Source: Candidatus Uhrbacteria bacterium GW2011_GWC2_41_11 (GTDB lineage Bacteria; Patescibacteriota; Patescibacteriia; UBA9934; GWF2-40-263). From it: 64,000 nucleotides of DNA. Within the stretch, counting starts at the first letter, position 1, and each line of letters starts with the position of its first letter. A model generated the notes under the pieces. It ran no database searches. It worked only from the letters and a program-made list of their open reading frames with translations, and was not told the origin of the DNA. Shown piece after piece: positions 36,949 through 46,362 of the stretch. The translations under genes and the position numbers were made by a program. Where the stretch lies: positions 18,482 to 82,481 of the forward strand of contig LCAH01000001.1 in assembly GCA_000996355.1 (NCBI GenBank), in the 5' to 3' direction.

Positions 36949-37635
36949 TTAGATCATCCATTCGTACGGAACGCATCCATAACGATTATCTGGGATATCA
37001 ATTCCTGGGCCAGGACAAAAACAGAATCGTTCTTCGTCAAACTGGGTGATCCAGGAATATGTTTTTCCCATTGTATCAAACCAGAGATCGATTGGTTCTA
37101 TTTCTGGAGGACAGGATTCTTCTCTATAAGAATCTTTCGTCAGTACAGACGGATGACAATGAGTCAATTTTGAACTCTGATCTTGATGTGATCGAAGAAC
37201 AGGAGTTGCTGAAATATTAGTGTTCACGACCGTAATCGTAATCACGATAAAGACGGTAACAGCCATGGCTCCAAGCAATTTCAACATTTCGAAATAACTT
37301 TCTCGTCCTTTTCGAACAGGAAGTATTCTTTTTTTTCGAAGATTACTATCGTCCTGAACAGGTGGAGGAGTAAGCCTTGTTATAATTGTTTCTCCATTTT
37401 TGCCAGAAGAAATTTCAATAGGTGAAGAAGTTTCTGGTCCGTGATCAATAACATGATCATTTTCAAAATCATCTTCATCTTTATCGAGTATTTCGTTCTT
37501 AGGTTCGAAATCGTTATCTTCGTCACAGAATTGAAGAAGATCTGGATTCAGCTCTTCTCCACTCGGATCTAAAACCAGATTTTCATCAGCAGATGTCATC
37601 TGTCTATTCCTTTCTTTTTGGACAGTTTTAGTCAT
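36949..37635 (-). CDS. hypothetical protein: acidic N-terminus, TM, Cys-rich C-terminal ectodomain
   Basis: 228 aa ORF. Terminator hairpin at ~36912-36945 on the minus strand. Confidence 0.45.
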   Translation of the reverse strand: MTKTVQKERNRQMTSADENLVLDPSGEELNPDLLQFCDEDNDFEPKNEILDKDEDDFENDHVIDHGPETSSPIEISSGKNGETIITRLTPPPVQDDSNLRKKRILPVRKGRESYFEMLKLLGAMAVTVFIVITITVVNTNISATPVLRSHQDQSSKLTHCHPSVLTKDSYREESCPPEIEPIDLWFDTMGKTYSWITQFDEERFCFCPGPGIDIPDNRYGCVPYEWMI

Positions 37636-37725
37636 GAAAATCGAATCTGAGCGTAATTCTTTATTAGATTTTTGTCAATGGATCGCTTTTCTTTTTGTCC
37701 TTTTTTTGCTAGATTTTGTCGGTAT

Positions 37726-39108
37726 ATGTCACAGCCTTATTATCATCTTATTACGTTTGGGTGTCAGATGAATAAATCTGATTCAGAACGAATGGACACT
37801 CTGTTTTTACGTATGGGATTTCTTTCAACAGATGATCGAAATGAGGCTGACTTGATTTTGATCAATACATGTTCCGTACGCCAATCTGCCGAAGATCGTG
37901 TGTTTGGGCTTATGCGACAAGTTGCTCTTTTGAAAGAAAAGAACCCCAATCTTTTGATTGGAATTACCGGATGTATGCCAGGAAGAGATCGAACAGGTGT
38001 GCTTCGGAAAAAATTTCCTCATGTTGATTTCTTTTTTCCTATCTCTGATCTTCCTCAATTACCACGTTGGATCGGAGAGCTCCATCCTGAATGGGTGAAC
38101 TCTACAGATTTTTCTGATGATTATTTGAAAATTCATCCATTGCCTCAAGGGCGCAAACAAGCCTTTGTAACCATTCAAACCGGATGCAATAAATTTTGTA
38201 CGTATTGTGTTGTTCCATTCAGTCGAGGATTTGAAAAGAATCGACCGGTTCAGGATATCCTCCATGAAATTCATAGTCTTGCTGCAGATGGATGTGTAGA
38301 AGTGACCTTGCTTGGTCAAACCGTGAATAGTTATCGGGCGCCAGACCCAGAACATTTTTCTTCCACTAATCCTTATCAGGATCATTTTGCCGCACTTCTT
38401 TGGGAGATCAATCAAATTTCAGGAATTTTGCGATTACATTTTACAGCCCCACATCCGCTCCATATGTCAGATGAAACAGTGGATGCGATGACGTTACCAA
38501 CTCATGTCAATTTTTTGCATATTCCTGTGCAGTCTGGAGACAATGAAGTGCTCCGACGTATGAATCGACGATATACGCGTGAACAATTTATGGAAATCAT
38601 TGCTTACGTTCGTGCAAAAATTCCTACGATCGCGATTGGAACAGATATTATTGTCGGTTTTTGCGGAGAAACAGAAGAACAATTTGAACAGACGGTTGAT
38701 TTGTATCGTCATGTTCGATTTGATATTAGTTATACAGCGATATATTCGCCCAGAACCGGTACAGCCGCTTATCGGGCATTTAAAGATGATGTTTCAAGAG
38801 AAGAGAAACGTCGCCGTTGGAATGTTTTGCAAGAACTCATGGAGCAAATTGTTTTGGAAAATAATCAGGCGTATATTGGAAAAAAAGTGAGTGTCCTTGT
38901 TGAACGGCACGAACCGTCAAAAATAACAGATGAACTTTTAACCATGCCGGGAAATATTCGTGAAAAGCTTATGAGTCAGCCAGGTACGTGTATTGGAAAT
39001 TCTCGCGAAATGAAGATGGTTCAGTTTCCTGGAGGAAAAGAACTTGTAGGAAAAGTTGTAGATGTGTTGGTTGAGGAAGCGAAGGAGTGGGTATTGAGAG
39101 GTAGATAA
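37726..39108 (+). CDS. miaB: tRNA-2-methylthio-N6-dimethylallyladenosine synthase (radical SAM methylthiotransferase)
   Basis: 'YHLITFGCQMNKSDSE' MTTase N-terminus, radical SAM 'CNKFCTYCVVP', C-terminal TRAM-like domain. Internal ATG of ORF 37672. Confidence 0.8.
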   Translation: MSQPYYHLITFGCQMNKSDSERMDTLFLRMGFLSTDDRNEADLILINTCSVRQSAEDRVFGLMRQVALLKEKNPNLLIGITGCMPGRDRTGVLRKKFPHVDFFFPISDLPQLPRWIGELHPEWVNSTDFSDDYLKIHPLPQGRKQAFVTIQTGCNKFCTYCVVPFSRGFEKNRPVQDILHEIHSLAADGCVEVTLLGQTVNSYRAPDPEHFSSTNPYQDHFAALLWEINQISGILRLHFTAPHPLHMSDETVDAMTLPTHVNFLHIPVQSGDNEVLRRMNRRYTREQFMEIIAYVRAKIPTIAIGTDIIVGFCGETEEQFEQTVDLYRHVRFDISYTAIYSPRTGTAAYRAFKDDVSREEKRRRWNVLQELMEQIVLENNQAYIGKKVSVLVERHEPSKITDELLTMPGNIREKLMSQPGTCIGNSREMKMVQFPGGKELVGKVVDVLVEEAKEWVLRGR

Positions 39109-39124
39109 AAATAAGTTTCATATT

Positions 39125-39901
39125 ATGCCATTATCCCGAGAGTCGTTTGGATCTGCTAGAGAAGCTTTTCGACGTTTGAAAAAAGCTGTTCCGGAAGGTG
39201 TGTTTGTTGAACCGGAACGTTGGGGAATTTATTCGAGTACTGCCAAGGATTACAGCAAGGCTTTTTCTGGTTTTGTTCAGGATGGAAATTGGGATCGATT
39301 TTTTCAGGAACGAAAGTATGCAGGACGGTCCGCTGTTTGTTTGGATCTTGCTAGCGACGGCACAGCTTTGATTGATATGTCTATTGATGCCGGACTTGCA
39401 GTCGGATTATCGAATGTTTTTGGGCAAAAAAAGGATCTTTTGGAACAAGGAAAAGTCGAAACAATCGCCGGAAATATATTGGAGTCAAAGACGTGGAGAA
39501 TGATTGATGAATGGTTGAAAAAACAAGATACTACATCATTTGATACTGTTTTCTTTCGACCAAGAGGAGGAATAAAATATATAGGGACTCGGAAAGAAGG
39601 AAAGTATTCAACTCAAATTGACATGGAAATTTTTTCCGTACTTATTTCGAGAATATATGAACATCTTTCTCCGAATGGTGGTGAATTGTTTTGGGAAGTT
39701 GATTTAGAAAATAAATTTGAAGAAGGATCTTCAGGTGCTTTAGAAATGAATACATTTGTACAAGTCCTAAATTCATTTCCAGGAGTTTTTGCTGAAACAA
39801 AAAATAATCAAGATCATTTTTTCGTCTTTCATCTTCGTAAAGAATCCGGAGCGTTGCCAAAATTGATGTTCAAACCCTCAATGTCCCTTGAAAATAAATG
39901 A
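39125..39901 (+). CDS. hypothetical protein, possible class I SAM-dependent methyltransferase
   Basis: 258 aa; 'AVCLDLASDGTAL' weakly resembles MTase motif I. Located between miaB and miaA. Confidence 0.35.
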   Translation: MPLSRESFGSAREAFRRLKKAVPEGVFVEPERWGIYSSTAKDYSKAFSGFVQDGNWDRFFQERKYAGRSAVCLDLASDGTALIDMSIDAGLAVGLSNVFGQKKDLLEQGKVETIAGNILESKTWRMIDEWLKKQDTTSFDTVFFRPRGGIKYIGTRKEGKYSTQIDMEIFSVLISRIYEHLSPNGGELFWEVDLENKFEEGSSGALEMNTFVQVLNSFPGVFAETKNNQDHFFVFHLRKESGALPKLMFKPSMSLENK

Positions 39902-40877
39902 CATGGATATTTTGCATAAAATTATCGCCGTTGTTGGTCCGACCGCAAGTGGAAAAAGTTCGCTTGGAATCACTCTCGCTCAATTTTTTGGAGGAGAAAT
40001 TTTAGCTGTTGATTCTCGAACGGTTTATCGCGGCATGAATATCGGAACAGCAAAACCTGCGGGTGAATGGCAGACTCTAGAATCACCAAAAAAGAAATCT
40101 GGAGATATCCGTGCGTTGTTTGGTGGTTTGCATTGTCTTGTGGTCGAAGATGTTCCACATTGGGGATTTGATCTTGCAGATCCGGATGAGGATTATAACG
40201 TTTCTCTCTTTAAACAGGATGCAAAAAAAACCATTCAGGATATTTTACATCGCGGACATATCCCGATTCTTGTGGGAGGAACAGGACTTTGGTTTGATGC
40301 GCTTGTTCGTAATCTTGAAATTCCTGAAGTAAAACCAGATCTTCTTTTGCGACAGTCATTTGAAGAACGTCATGTGGATGATTTGTTTGCTGAATTTAAA
40401 CGTCTGGATCCAGATGGAGCCCTTGTGATTGATCGATATAACAAACGTCGCCTTGTGCGTGCTCTTGAGGTATGTCATGTAACTGGGAGCCCATTTTCCG
40501 AGCTTCGACAAGCCGGCAATCCTTTATACGATTGTCTTTGGATTGGTTTAGATATTCCGCGTGAGGAGTTATATCAGCGAATTGATACGCGGGTTGATGA
40601 GATGGTTGCTCATGAGTTTGTGACCGAAGTACGTCATTTGTACGAACAATATGGATGTGAGATTCCTTCGATGAGCGGTATTGGATATCAACAAATCTGT
40701 CGATTTTTTCAAGGAAAAGAAAGTTTGAAAGAAGCAATCGAAGATATCAAACAAGATACACGACATTATGCCAAACGTCAGCTTACCTGGTTTCGTCGAA
40801 ATTCTGATATTCATTGGGTAAAAGGAAGGGAAGAAGCAATGGATTTAACGAAGATCTTTTTTGTTAATAATACTTGA
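39888..40877 (+). CDS. miaA: tRNA dimethylallyltransferase
   Basis: P-loop 'IIAVVGPTASGKSSLGI' and 'LAVDSRTVYRGMNIGTAKP'. Confidence 0.9.
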   Translation: MKINDMDILHKIIAVVGPTASGKSSLGITLAQFFGGEILAVDSRTVYRGMNIGTAKPAGEWQTLESPKKKSGDIRALFGGLHCLVVEDVPHWGFDLADPDEDYNVSLFKQDAKKTIQDILHRGHIPILVGGTGLWFDALVRNLEIPEVKPDLLLRQSFEERHVDDLFAEFKRLDPDGALVIDRYNKRRLVRALEVCHVTGSPFSELRQAGNPLYDCLWIGLDIPREELYQRIDTRVDEMVAHEFVTEVRHLYEQYGCEIPSMSGIGYQQICRFFQGKESLKEAIEDIKQDTRHYAKRQLTWFRRNSDIHWVKGREEAMDLTKIFFVNNT

Positions 40878-40948
40878 CAAAATAGTATTTTTTTGATAAG
40901 GTTCCTTGTTCTGTTTTCAGTTGAAAAGTTCTTTTTAGAAAGGAAGAA

Positions 40949-41533
40949 ATGATGAAAAAATTGGAGACAGTGATTTTGGCTCAGGAGATGATGACCCACG
41001 TCGGAGAGTTGGGCGAGGGAATGAAAGACACGTTGTATGTCAACGTGAAGATTCCTCTTTCGGCCTACCACGAACCTCCGCCGCCATTTACGCCTCCTGG
41101 CCCTTTTCTCATCGATGAGTCTCAACCCACTTGGGATGGAACGAATCTTGAGGATTTGTCTGCAGAGGATCAGGCGGCCTGGGCCGCACGGCTTCGGTGG
41201 ATCAATCAGTATGTCCTAGGGTTCGTCCCGAATCCTCTGGATCCGGAGCAGCTTGAGGATGCCCCGATCGATTGCATCGGTGGGACATTCAATAGCGGAG
41301 ACATCGCCTCCTATCCGTTGTGTGCGGTGTTTTTCCGTGGAGAGGATGTTATTCTCCAGTTTTCCTCGTACGTCTCTGACGGAAGAGGATGGCGATTTGC
41401 CCTCTCTCTTGCCTCGCGGATTGTGAAAGCGAGGAGGACTGGAATTCAGGTCGGCGTCTGTTATTCGGACGAAGACTTTTATTCCGAGAACTGGAGGGGG
41501 CCTTTTTACACTCCTTCTTGGATGAAGGAGTGA
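40949..41533 (+). CDS. hypothetical protein (GC-rich insert)
   Basis: 194 aa with a Pro-rich stretch (EPPPPFTPPGP). Local GC is markedly higher than the genome background. Confidence 0.45.
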   Translation: MMKKLETVILAQEMMTHVGELGEGMKDTLYVNVKIPLSAYHEPPPPFTPPGPFLIDESQPTWDGTNLEDLSAEDQAAWAARLRWINQYVLGFVPNPLDPEQLEDAPIDCIGGTFNSGDIASYPLCAVFFRGEDVILQFSSYVSDGRGWRFALSLASRIVKARRTGIQVGVCYSDEDFYSENWRGPFYTPSWMKE

Positions 41534-41642
41534 TTTAAAATCCATTCCGGCGATGTGATTTCTGCATCGCCACTTTGATTCGGTTCTTAAGCAAATAATT
41601 GTTTTAGAACAGTGAGAAGTCACAAAAATTTGTGGAGGAGAC

Positions 41643-42206
41643 ATGAGAAGTTCGTCGTTTAAAGTTATTGGTGGTCAGAGTCTTGAAGATTATTTTTCAG
41701 CTTTGTATGATCGAAAGCAAAAAATAGATGTCTCGTTTGTTCTCGATTCAGGGATCAAACCTGTTATTCTTAAGGTTCCGGTGACCTATATGAAACAGGG
41801 TGAAGGAGATGTAGATTGGGTTATTGGAGGATATATCCCTTTTTTGGGATTCGATTATGAGGCTCGTGTTTATTTTTCTCCAGAGAGAAAACCGGTAGGA
41901 TATGTCCAGTTTTCTTCTCAGCCGGGCTTAGCCATGCGTTTTTCGCAATTGAAGAATATTTGGTGGGTTCTGTGTGGACGCAATATTATATTGCGTGAGA
42001 CGAGTGGACACTATCTTACGCCCCGATTGGAAGTGGCTGAGGCAATTTTAGATGCTGTTATCATCCACTACTTGCCTTTTGAAGATTGTTCAGTCAAATT
42101 TCATGGAGAGCTTCCGACTGGGAAACACCATCGGTGGGAGTTGAATTCAGGTTCTTGTGAAGTGTCAGATGCACTTTTGGCGAATTCAGCTCAGATTTTT
42201 GCCTGA
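41643..42206 (+). CDS. hypothetical protein (GC-rich insert)
   Basis: 187 aa ORF followed by a terminator at ~42233-42266 (ACGCACC/GGTGCGT plus T-run). Confidence 0.45.
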   Translation: MRSSSFKVIGGQSLEDYFSALYDRKQKIDVSFVLDSGIKPVILKVPVTYMKQGEGDVDWVIGGYIPFLGFDYEARVYFSPERKPVGYVQFSSQPGLAMRFSQLKNIWWVLCGRNIILRETSGHYLTPRLEVAEAILDAVIIHYLPFEDCSVKFHGELPTGKHHRWELNSGSCEVSDALLANSAQIFA

Positions 42207-42289
42207 GCTATATTACCGAATTCTAAACTAAAACGCACCAGTCTTTCGTCCGGTGCGTTTTTTTGTTTTCTCTGGTATTATGAAAAATT

Positions 42290-42619
42290 ATGAACCCTTT
42301 TTTTATTATTATTCTTCTCGGTACGATTGGAGTCCTTGGAGATTTCTTTATGAAACTTGCAGGGAGCGGAGAGAAATCCGTTGATGTAAAATGGTTTCTC
42401 ATTGCTTTTTTCCTGTATGCATCCACGTCGTTTGGCTGGTTGTATGTTATGAAACGCGTGGAGCTTTCGTCCATTGGCGCTATCTATTCACTCGTGACGA
42501 TTCTTCTTCTTGTTCTGATCGGTGTTTTTTATTTTCACGAGCGTGTGAATGGATACGAATTGGCAGGTATCATTATGGCTGTGAGTTCGCTTTTTCTTCT
42601 TACAAAATTCGCTTCCTGA
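42290..42619 (+). CDS. 4-TM small transporter-like protein (DMT/SMR-like)
   Basis: 109 aa with four hydrophobic helices and a conserved Glu in TM1-like position (GDFFMK). SMR/EamA-half-like. Confidence 0.45.
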   Translation: MNPFFIIILLGTIGVLGDFFMKLAGSGEKSVDVKWFLIAFFLYASTSFGWLYVMKRVELSSIGAIYSLVTILLLVLIGVFYFHERVNGYELAGIIMAVSSLFLLTKFAS

Positions 42620-42635
42620 AATATTTTTTTGTTTA

Positions 42636-43994
42636 TCAAAGCATCCCATCTTTTTTTGCTTGCTCGAAAAAATGAGTAAGAATTGGAAGAGGATTTGATG
42701 GAGAAAATGTGATGGTCATATTTGATCCAGATATTTTTTTTCCTTGTTTTTGTTGTCGTTCTTTTTCTGTTGCAATATCTTTTTCTGCAAGTTTTTCTAT
42801 TCCACGATATGTTTGGCATGTTTCTTTCCACACAGTTTCGGTTGCTCTTTTTAAGGCCAAAAATTTTTGGGTGCGTGCATCTCCCTTTGCAGATTTTAAT
42901 ACTTCCGGGTCAATAAGAAATTTTTTTTGTGCTGTATCTATTTTTTTGAGAAGTTCAAACAAATTTTCTTTCCAATCCTGTTGACGATTTATAGCCTGAA
43001 ATGTTTCTTCAAAGATTCCAAATGCTTTTGCGCGAACTCCATTTGATTTTTCAGAAATCCAAGCATCTTCTTTTTGGATGAGTTGTTCTATCCAGTATTT
43101 ATAGTCTTTTTCTCCATTTCTTCCTTCCAAAGTTGGCATAATTCTTTGGCGAGCTTGTTGGATTTCAGCTGTTTGAATCGTGTTTCCTATACGATTTATT
43201 TGATCTTGTTTTGCTGTATCAATCATGCGCAAAATACCATACAAAACCTCAGTCAGACGATCCATATCTCTATGTATAGCAACAGCATCTTTTGTTTCTA
43301 ATCGACCTAAACGTCGCTGTTCTTCTATAGTCCATCCAAGTTGACCAACACGTTGCCCATTCTCTCGAAAGATCTGTTCAAGAATATGGAGAAATTGATC
43401 CGGATTTTGATGTTGATTTTCAGCTATTTCCTCCGTTGTTTTTCCAAGAACATAACGGATACTGGCTGTTATGGATTCTTTAATAGCTATCCCAGATCCG
43501 GAAATAAGAAAATTTGGTTTTTCCAATGTGCGTAGCGTTTTATAGATGTGACCAGAAATGACCTGAGGAGATGGTTCTTCTACAGAGGGATAAAGTTTTT
43601 CACATCCAGCGCGAAAAATACGGTCTGCAGCAATAAAAGTCTGCTCTGCATGAACAGATGGATCCAGGACGGATAAATCTTCATGTCTCGGATCAAGGGA
43701 AATCATTGTATCGAGCGTATCTGCTAAGGTGTCTGCATATTGTCCTTCAGTCCAACTCGTCATGTCTTCGTCTAAGAGGCGTGTAGCATCATTGGAGAGC
43801 CGATTGTAATAGGTCCAATTTTGATCTCTTTCTCCGCCAGCCAACTCTTTTGCTGCACGTTTTTTATTGTCAAAATAATCCTTTGCGGTTTCTGTAACGG
43901 GAAGAATGGTATCTTTTCGATATCGTGATTTTTCTTTTCCTCGAAACAGATCATGGCTGTTTGTGGACGCGATTTGTTCAGACCTTGTGTTCAT
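42636..43994 (-). CDS. hypothetical protein (452 aa)
   Basis: Long ORF overlapping the gatB stop by 4 nt. No amidase (GatA) signature. Predicted mainly alpha-helical. Confidence 0.5.
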   Translation of the reverse strand: MNTRSEQIASTNSHDLFRGKEKSRYRKDTILPVTETAKDYFDNKKRAAKELAGGERDQNWTYYNRLSNDATRLLDEDMTSWTEGQYADTLADTLDTMISLDPRHEDLSVLDPSVHAEQTFIAADRIFRAGCEKLYPSVEEPSPQVISGHIYKTLRTLEKPNFLISGSGIAIKESITASIRYVLGKTTEEIAENQHQNPDQFLHILEQIFRENGQRVGQLGWTIEEQRRLGRLETKDAVAIHRDMDRLTEVLYGILRMIDTAKQDQINRIGNTIQTAEIQQARQRIMPTLEGRNGEKDYKYWIEQLIQKEDAWISEKSNGVRAKAFGIFEETFQAINRQQDWKENLFELLKKIDTAQKKFLIDPEVLKSAKGDARTQKFLALKRATETVWKETCQTYRGIEKLAEKDIATEKERQQKQGKKISGSNMTITFSPSNPLPILTHFFEQAKKDGML

Positions 43995-45538
43995 AGAAAA
44001 AATGAAGAAGACGTTTTTTCCAATTCAACTAAAAGCATATTTCGTGCCATTCCCGGATCTGCTTTGCCTCCTGTTTCTTTCATAATGAGACCAATGAAAA
44101 AAGCGAGTAATTGTTTTTCTCCATTTTTATAACGGGTTGCTTCTGTTTGGTGCTGTTCAACAACACGTGAAACAACTTCTGCAATAATACCTTCATCTGA
44201 AACAAGACCCAGATGTTTTTCTTCCATGATATGTGATGGATCTCTTCCTGTGCCAAACATTTCTGTGAGAATCGCAAGACCATTTTGTGTGGAGAGTTTT
44301 CCTGTGGCAAGAAGGGTAATGAATTCGGCAAAATTTTCCGGATCAATTTTTGCATCTCGAATACCAATTCCGCGTTCTTTGAGGATGCCGCCGAGTTTGG
44401 AAATAAGCCATCCGCTGACTAATTTTGCGACTTTTTTATGTTCTCGTTCCAAAACAGTTTCTTCGGCTCCGTCAAATTCAGGAAGACTTTGTATCCAGGC
44501 ATGAAGTTCAGAAAAAACATGTTCCGCATAATTCGCTAAGACAGGTTCTTCACAAAGGATACGCGCATCGCCGGCCGTGAGACCATATTCAGAAACAAGT
44601 CTCATGCGTTTGGCAGCAGGGAGTTCAGGAAGAGTTCCACGAATGGCATCTGCAAGTTCTGTAAGTTCCATGGGAGGAATATCCGGTTCTGGAAAATAGC
44701 GGTAATCCTCAGCCTGTTCTTTTGTCCGTTGCGGTTCTGTCGATTGGGTCACATCATTCCATCCACGCGTGGAAGAAAGAGAAGGAGGTGTTCCTTTTTC
44801 CCAAAGATCTGTCTGGCGGCGAATTTCGTGTTCAAGAGCTCGTTCTACGGCACGGAATGAGTTCATGTTTTTTACTTCTGTTTTTGGATTGAGAAATGCG
44901 CCAACAATGTTTCCTTCCTCATCAAATTGTCGAAGGGAAATATTAGCGTCGCAGCGAAGCTGGCCTTTTTCCATGTCTGCATCTGAGATTCCAAGCGTGC
45001 GAGCCATGAGACGGAGTTCTTGGAGAAAAATCTTGGCTTCATGAGGTGTACGAAAATCCGGTTCTGTCACAATTTCAAGCAAAGGTGTCCCCGCACGATT
45101 AAAATCCACATAACTTTTTCCTGAAGCATCATGAAAAGACTTTGCTGCATCTTCTTCTAGGTGGGCACGTGTAATGTCAATTTTTAAATGAGGACGCGGT
45201 CCTTCTGGAACATCAATTTCCATAGATCCTTCTGCAGCAATAGGCATGTCGTATTGGGAAATTTGGTATCCTTTTGGAAGATCTGGGTAGAAATAATGTT
45301 TTCGATCAAATTTGGAATAGGAGGCAATGCGACATCCAAGTGCCATTCCCATAAGAATTCCCCATCGAATAGCTTGTTCATTTGGAACAGGAAGTGTTCC
45401 CGGATGACCAAGACAAATAGGGCATACATTTGAATTGGGAAGAATAGCATTACCTTGAACAGGGCAAGAACAAAACATTTTTGACTGAGTCTTGAGTTGA
45501 ATATGAATTTCCAGGCCGATAATAGGTTCAAAATGCAT
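43991..45538 (-). CDS. gatB: aspartyl/glutamyl-tRNA amidotransferase subunit B
   Basis: 'MHFEPIIGLEIHIQL', 'CSCPV...CPICLGHPGTLP', C-terminal GatB/YqeY domain. Confidence 0.9.
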   Translation of the reverse strand: MHFEPIIGLEIHIQLKTQSKMFCSCPVQGNAILPNSNVCPICLGHPGTLPVPNEQAIRWGILMGMALGCRIASYSKFDRKHYFYPDLPKGYQISQYDMPIAAEGSMEIDVPEGPRPHLKIDITRAHLEEDAAKSFHDASGKSYVDFNRAGTPLLEIVTEPDFRTPHEAKIFLQELRLMARTLGISDADMEKGQLRCDANISLRQFDEEGNIVGAFLNPKTEVKNMNSFRAVERALEHEIRRQTDLWEKGTPPSLSSTRGWNDVTQSTEPQRTKEQAEDYRYFPEPDIPPMELTELADAIRGTLPELPAAKRMRLVSEYGLTAGDARILCEEPVLANYAEHVFSELHAWIQSLPEFDGAEETVLEREHKKVAKLVSGWLISKLGGILKERGIGIRDAKIDPENFAEFITLLATGKLSTQNGLAILTEMFGTGRDPSHIMEEKHLGLVSDEGIIAEVVSRVVEQHQTEATRYKNGEKQLLAFFIGLIMKETGGKADPGMARNMLLVELEKTSSSFFL

Positions 45539-45609
45539 AAAAAAAGGATAGATTTCAAACCTATCCTAACATGGAATATAAACATGAGAAAGGAGAGATT
45601 TGGGAAGGT

Positions 45610-46353
45610 TTATTTATTTTTATCATCAGACAAAACCGTTTTTTCCCCCTTGAGAGCAAGATATAAATAGGTTGTATAGATCATGAAGATTGGAAAGAGA
45701 AAAATTTCTGTAACCGAGGCGATGACATCCATCCAGATCGGAGGAGTATCAATCCATGTTTCAATTGGAGTGTGTGTTATTCCAGCTACAAGAGCAATAA
45801 GAAGATTTATGACACACGCATACGCGAAAAGGATAGCAGCTGGACCAAGAAAAATTCTCCACGCGACAGACCAAAAATGACCTCGAACACATTCTCGACT
45901 AAAAGAGAGTGCACGGATTCCTTTTTGATTGTCTAAAAGAACAGCCATTTGAGTAAAGCTGAACCAGATGGAAAAAATGAATGCAGGAATGATAAAGAGA
46001 ATGATTCCACCAAAAATGACCGTTGTTTGCAATATACTGACAAAGAGAACAGATGGAAAATATTTCCATGCTGTTTCTTGGATGGAAAGAAGAGAGATTT
46101 GTTTATTTTCAATAAGGAGTTCCTTTGTAAGAAGAATAACAATGACTGCAACCCACGAAGCGAGAAAAAATTGAAGGAGTTCAAAAAATGTTGTTGTTAT
46201 TTGAATCCAGATATTTTCTGGTTGTCCGCTAAGATTTACCAGAATAATGCCTGCATACGGCAAAAGAAGCCAAGCAGCATAGCCGGCAAACAGAATAAAA
46301 TGAGTACGGTAAAAAAGAAAACTTTTTCGCAGAAGATCGATGACGGATGGCAT
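45610..46353 (-). CDS. polytopic membrane protein (paralog 1)
   Basis: 247 aa, 6 or more TM. N-terminal 'LLRKSFLFYRTHF' and C-terminal 'SRECVRGHFW' are shared with the upstream paralog. Confidence 0.5.
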   Translation of the reverse strand: MPSVIDLLRKSFLFYRTHFILFAGYAAWLLLPYAGIILVNLSGQPENIWIQITTTFFELLQFFLASWVAVIVILLTKELLIENKQISLLSIQETAWKYFPSVLFVSILQTTVIFGGIILFIIPAFIFSIWFSFTQMAVLLDNQKGIRALSFSRECVRGHFWSVAWRIFLGPAAILFAYACVINLLIALVAGITHTPIETWIDTPPIWMDVIASVTEIFLFPIFMIYTTYLYLALKGEKTVLSDDKNK

Positions 46354-46362
46354 AGAAAGTTG

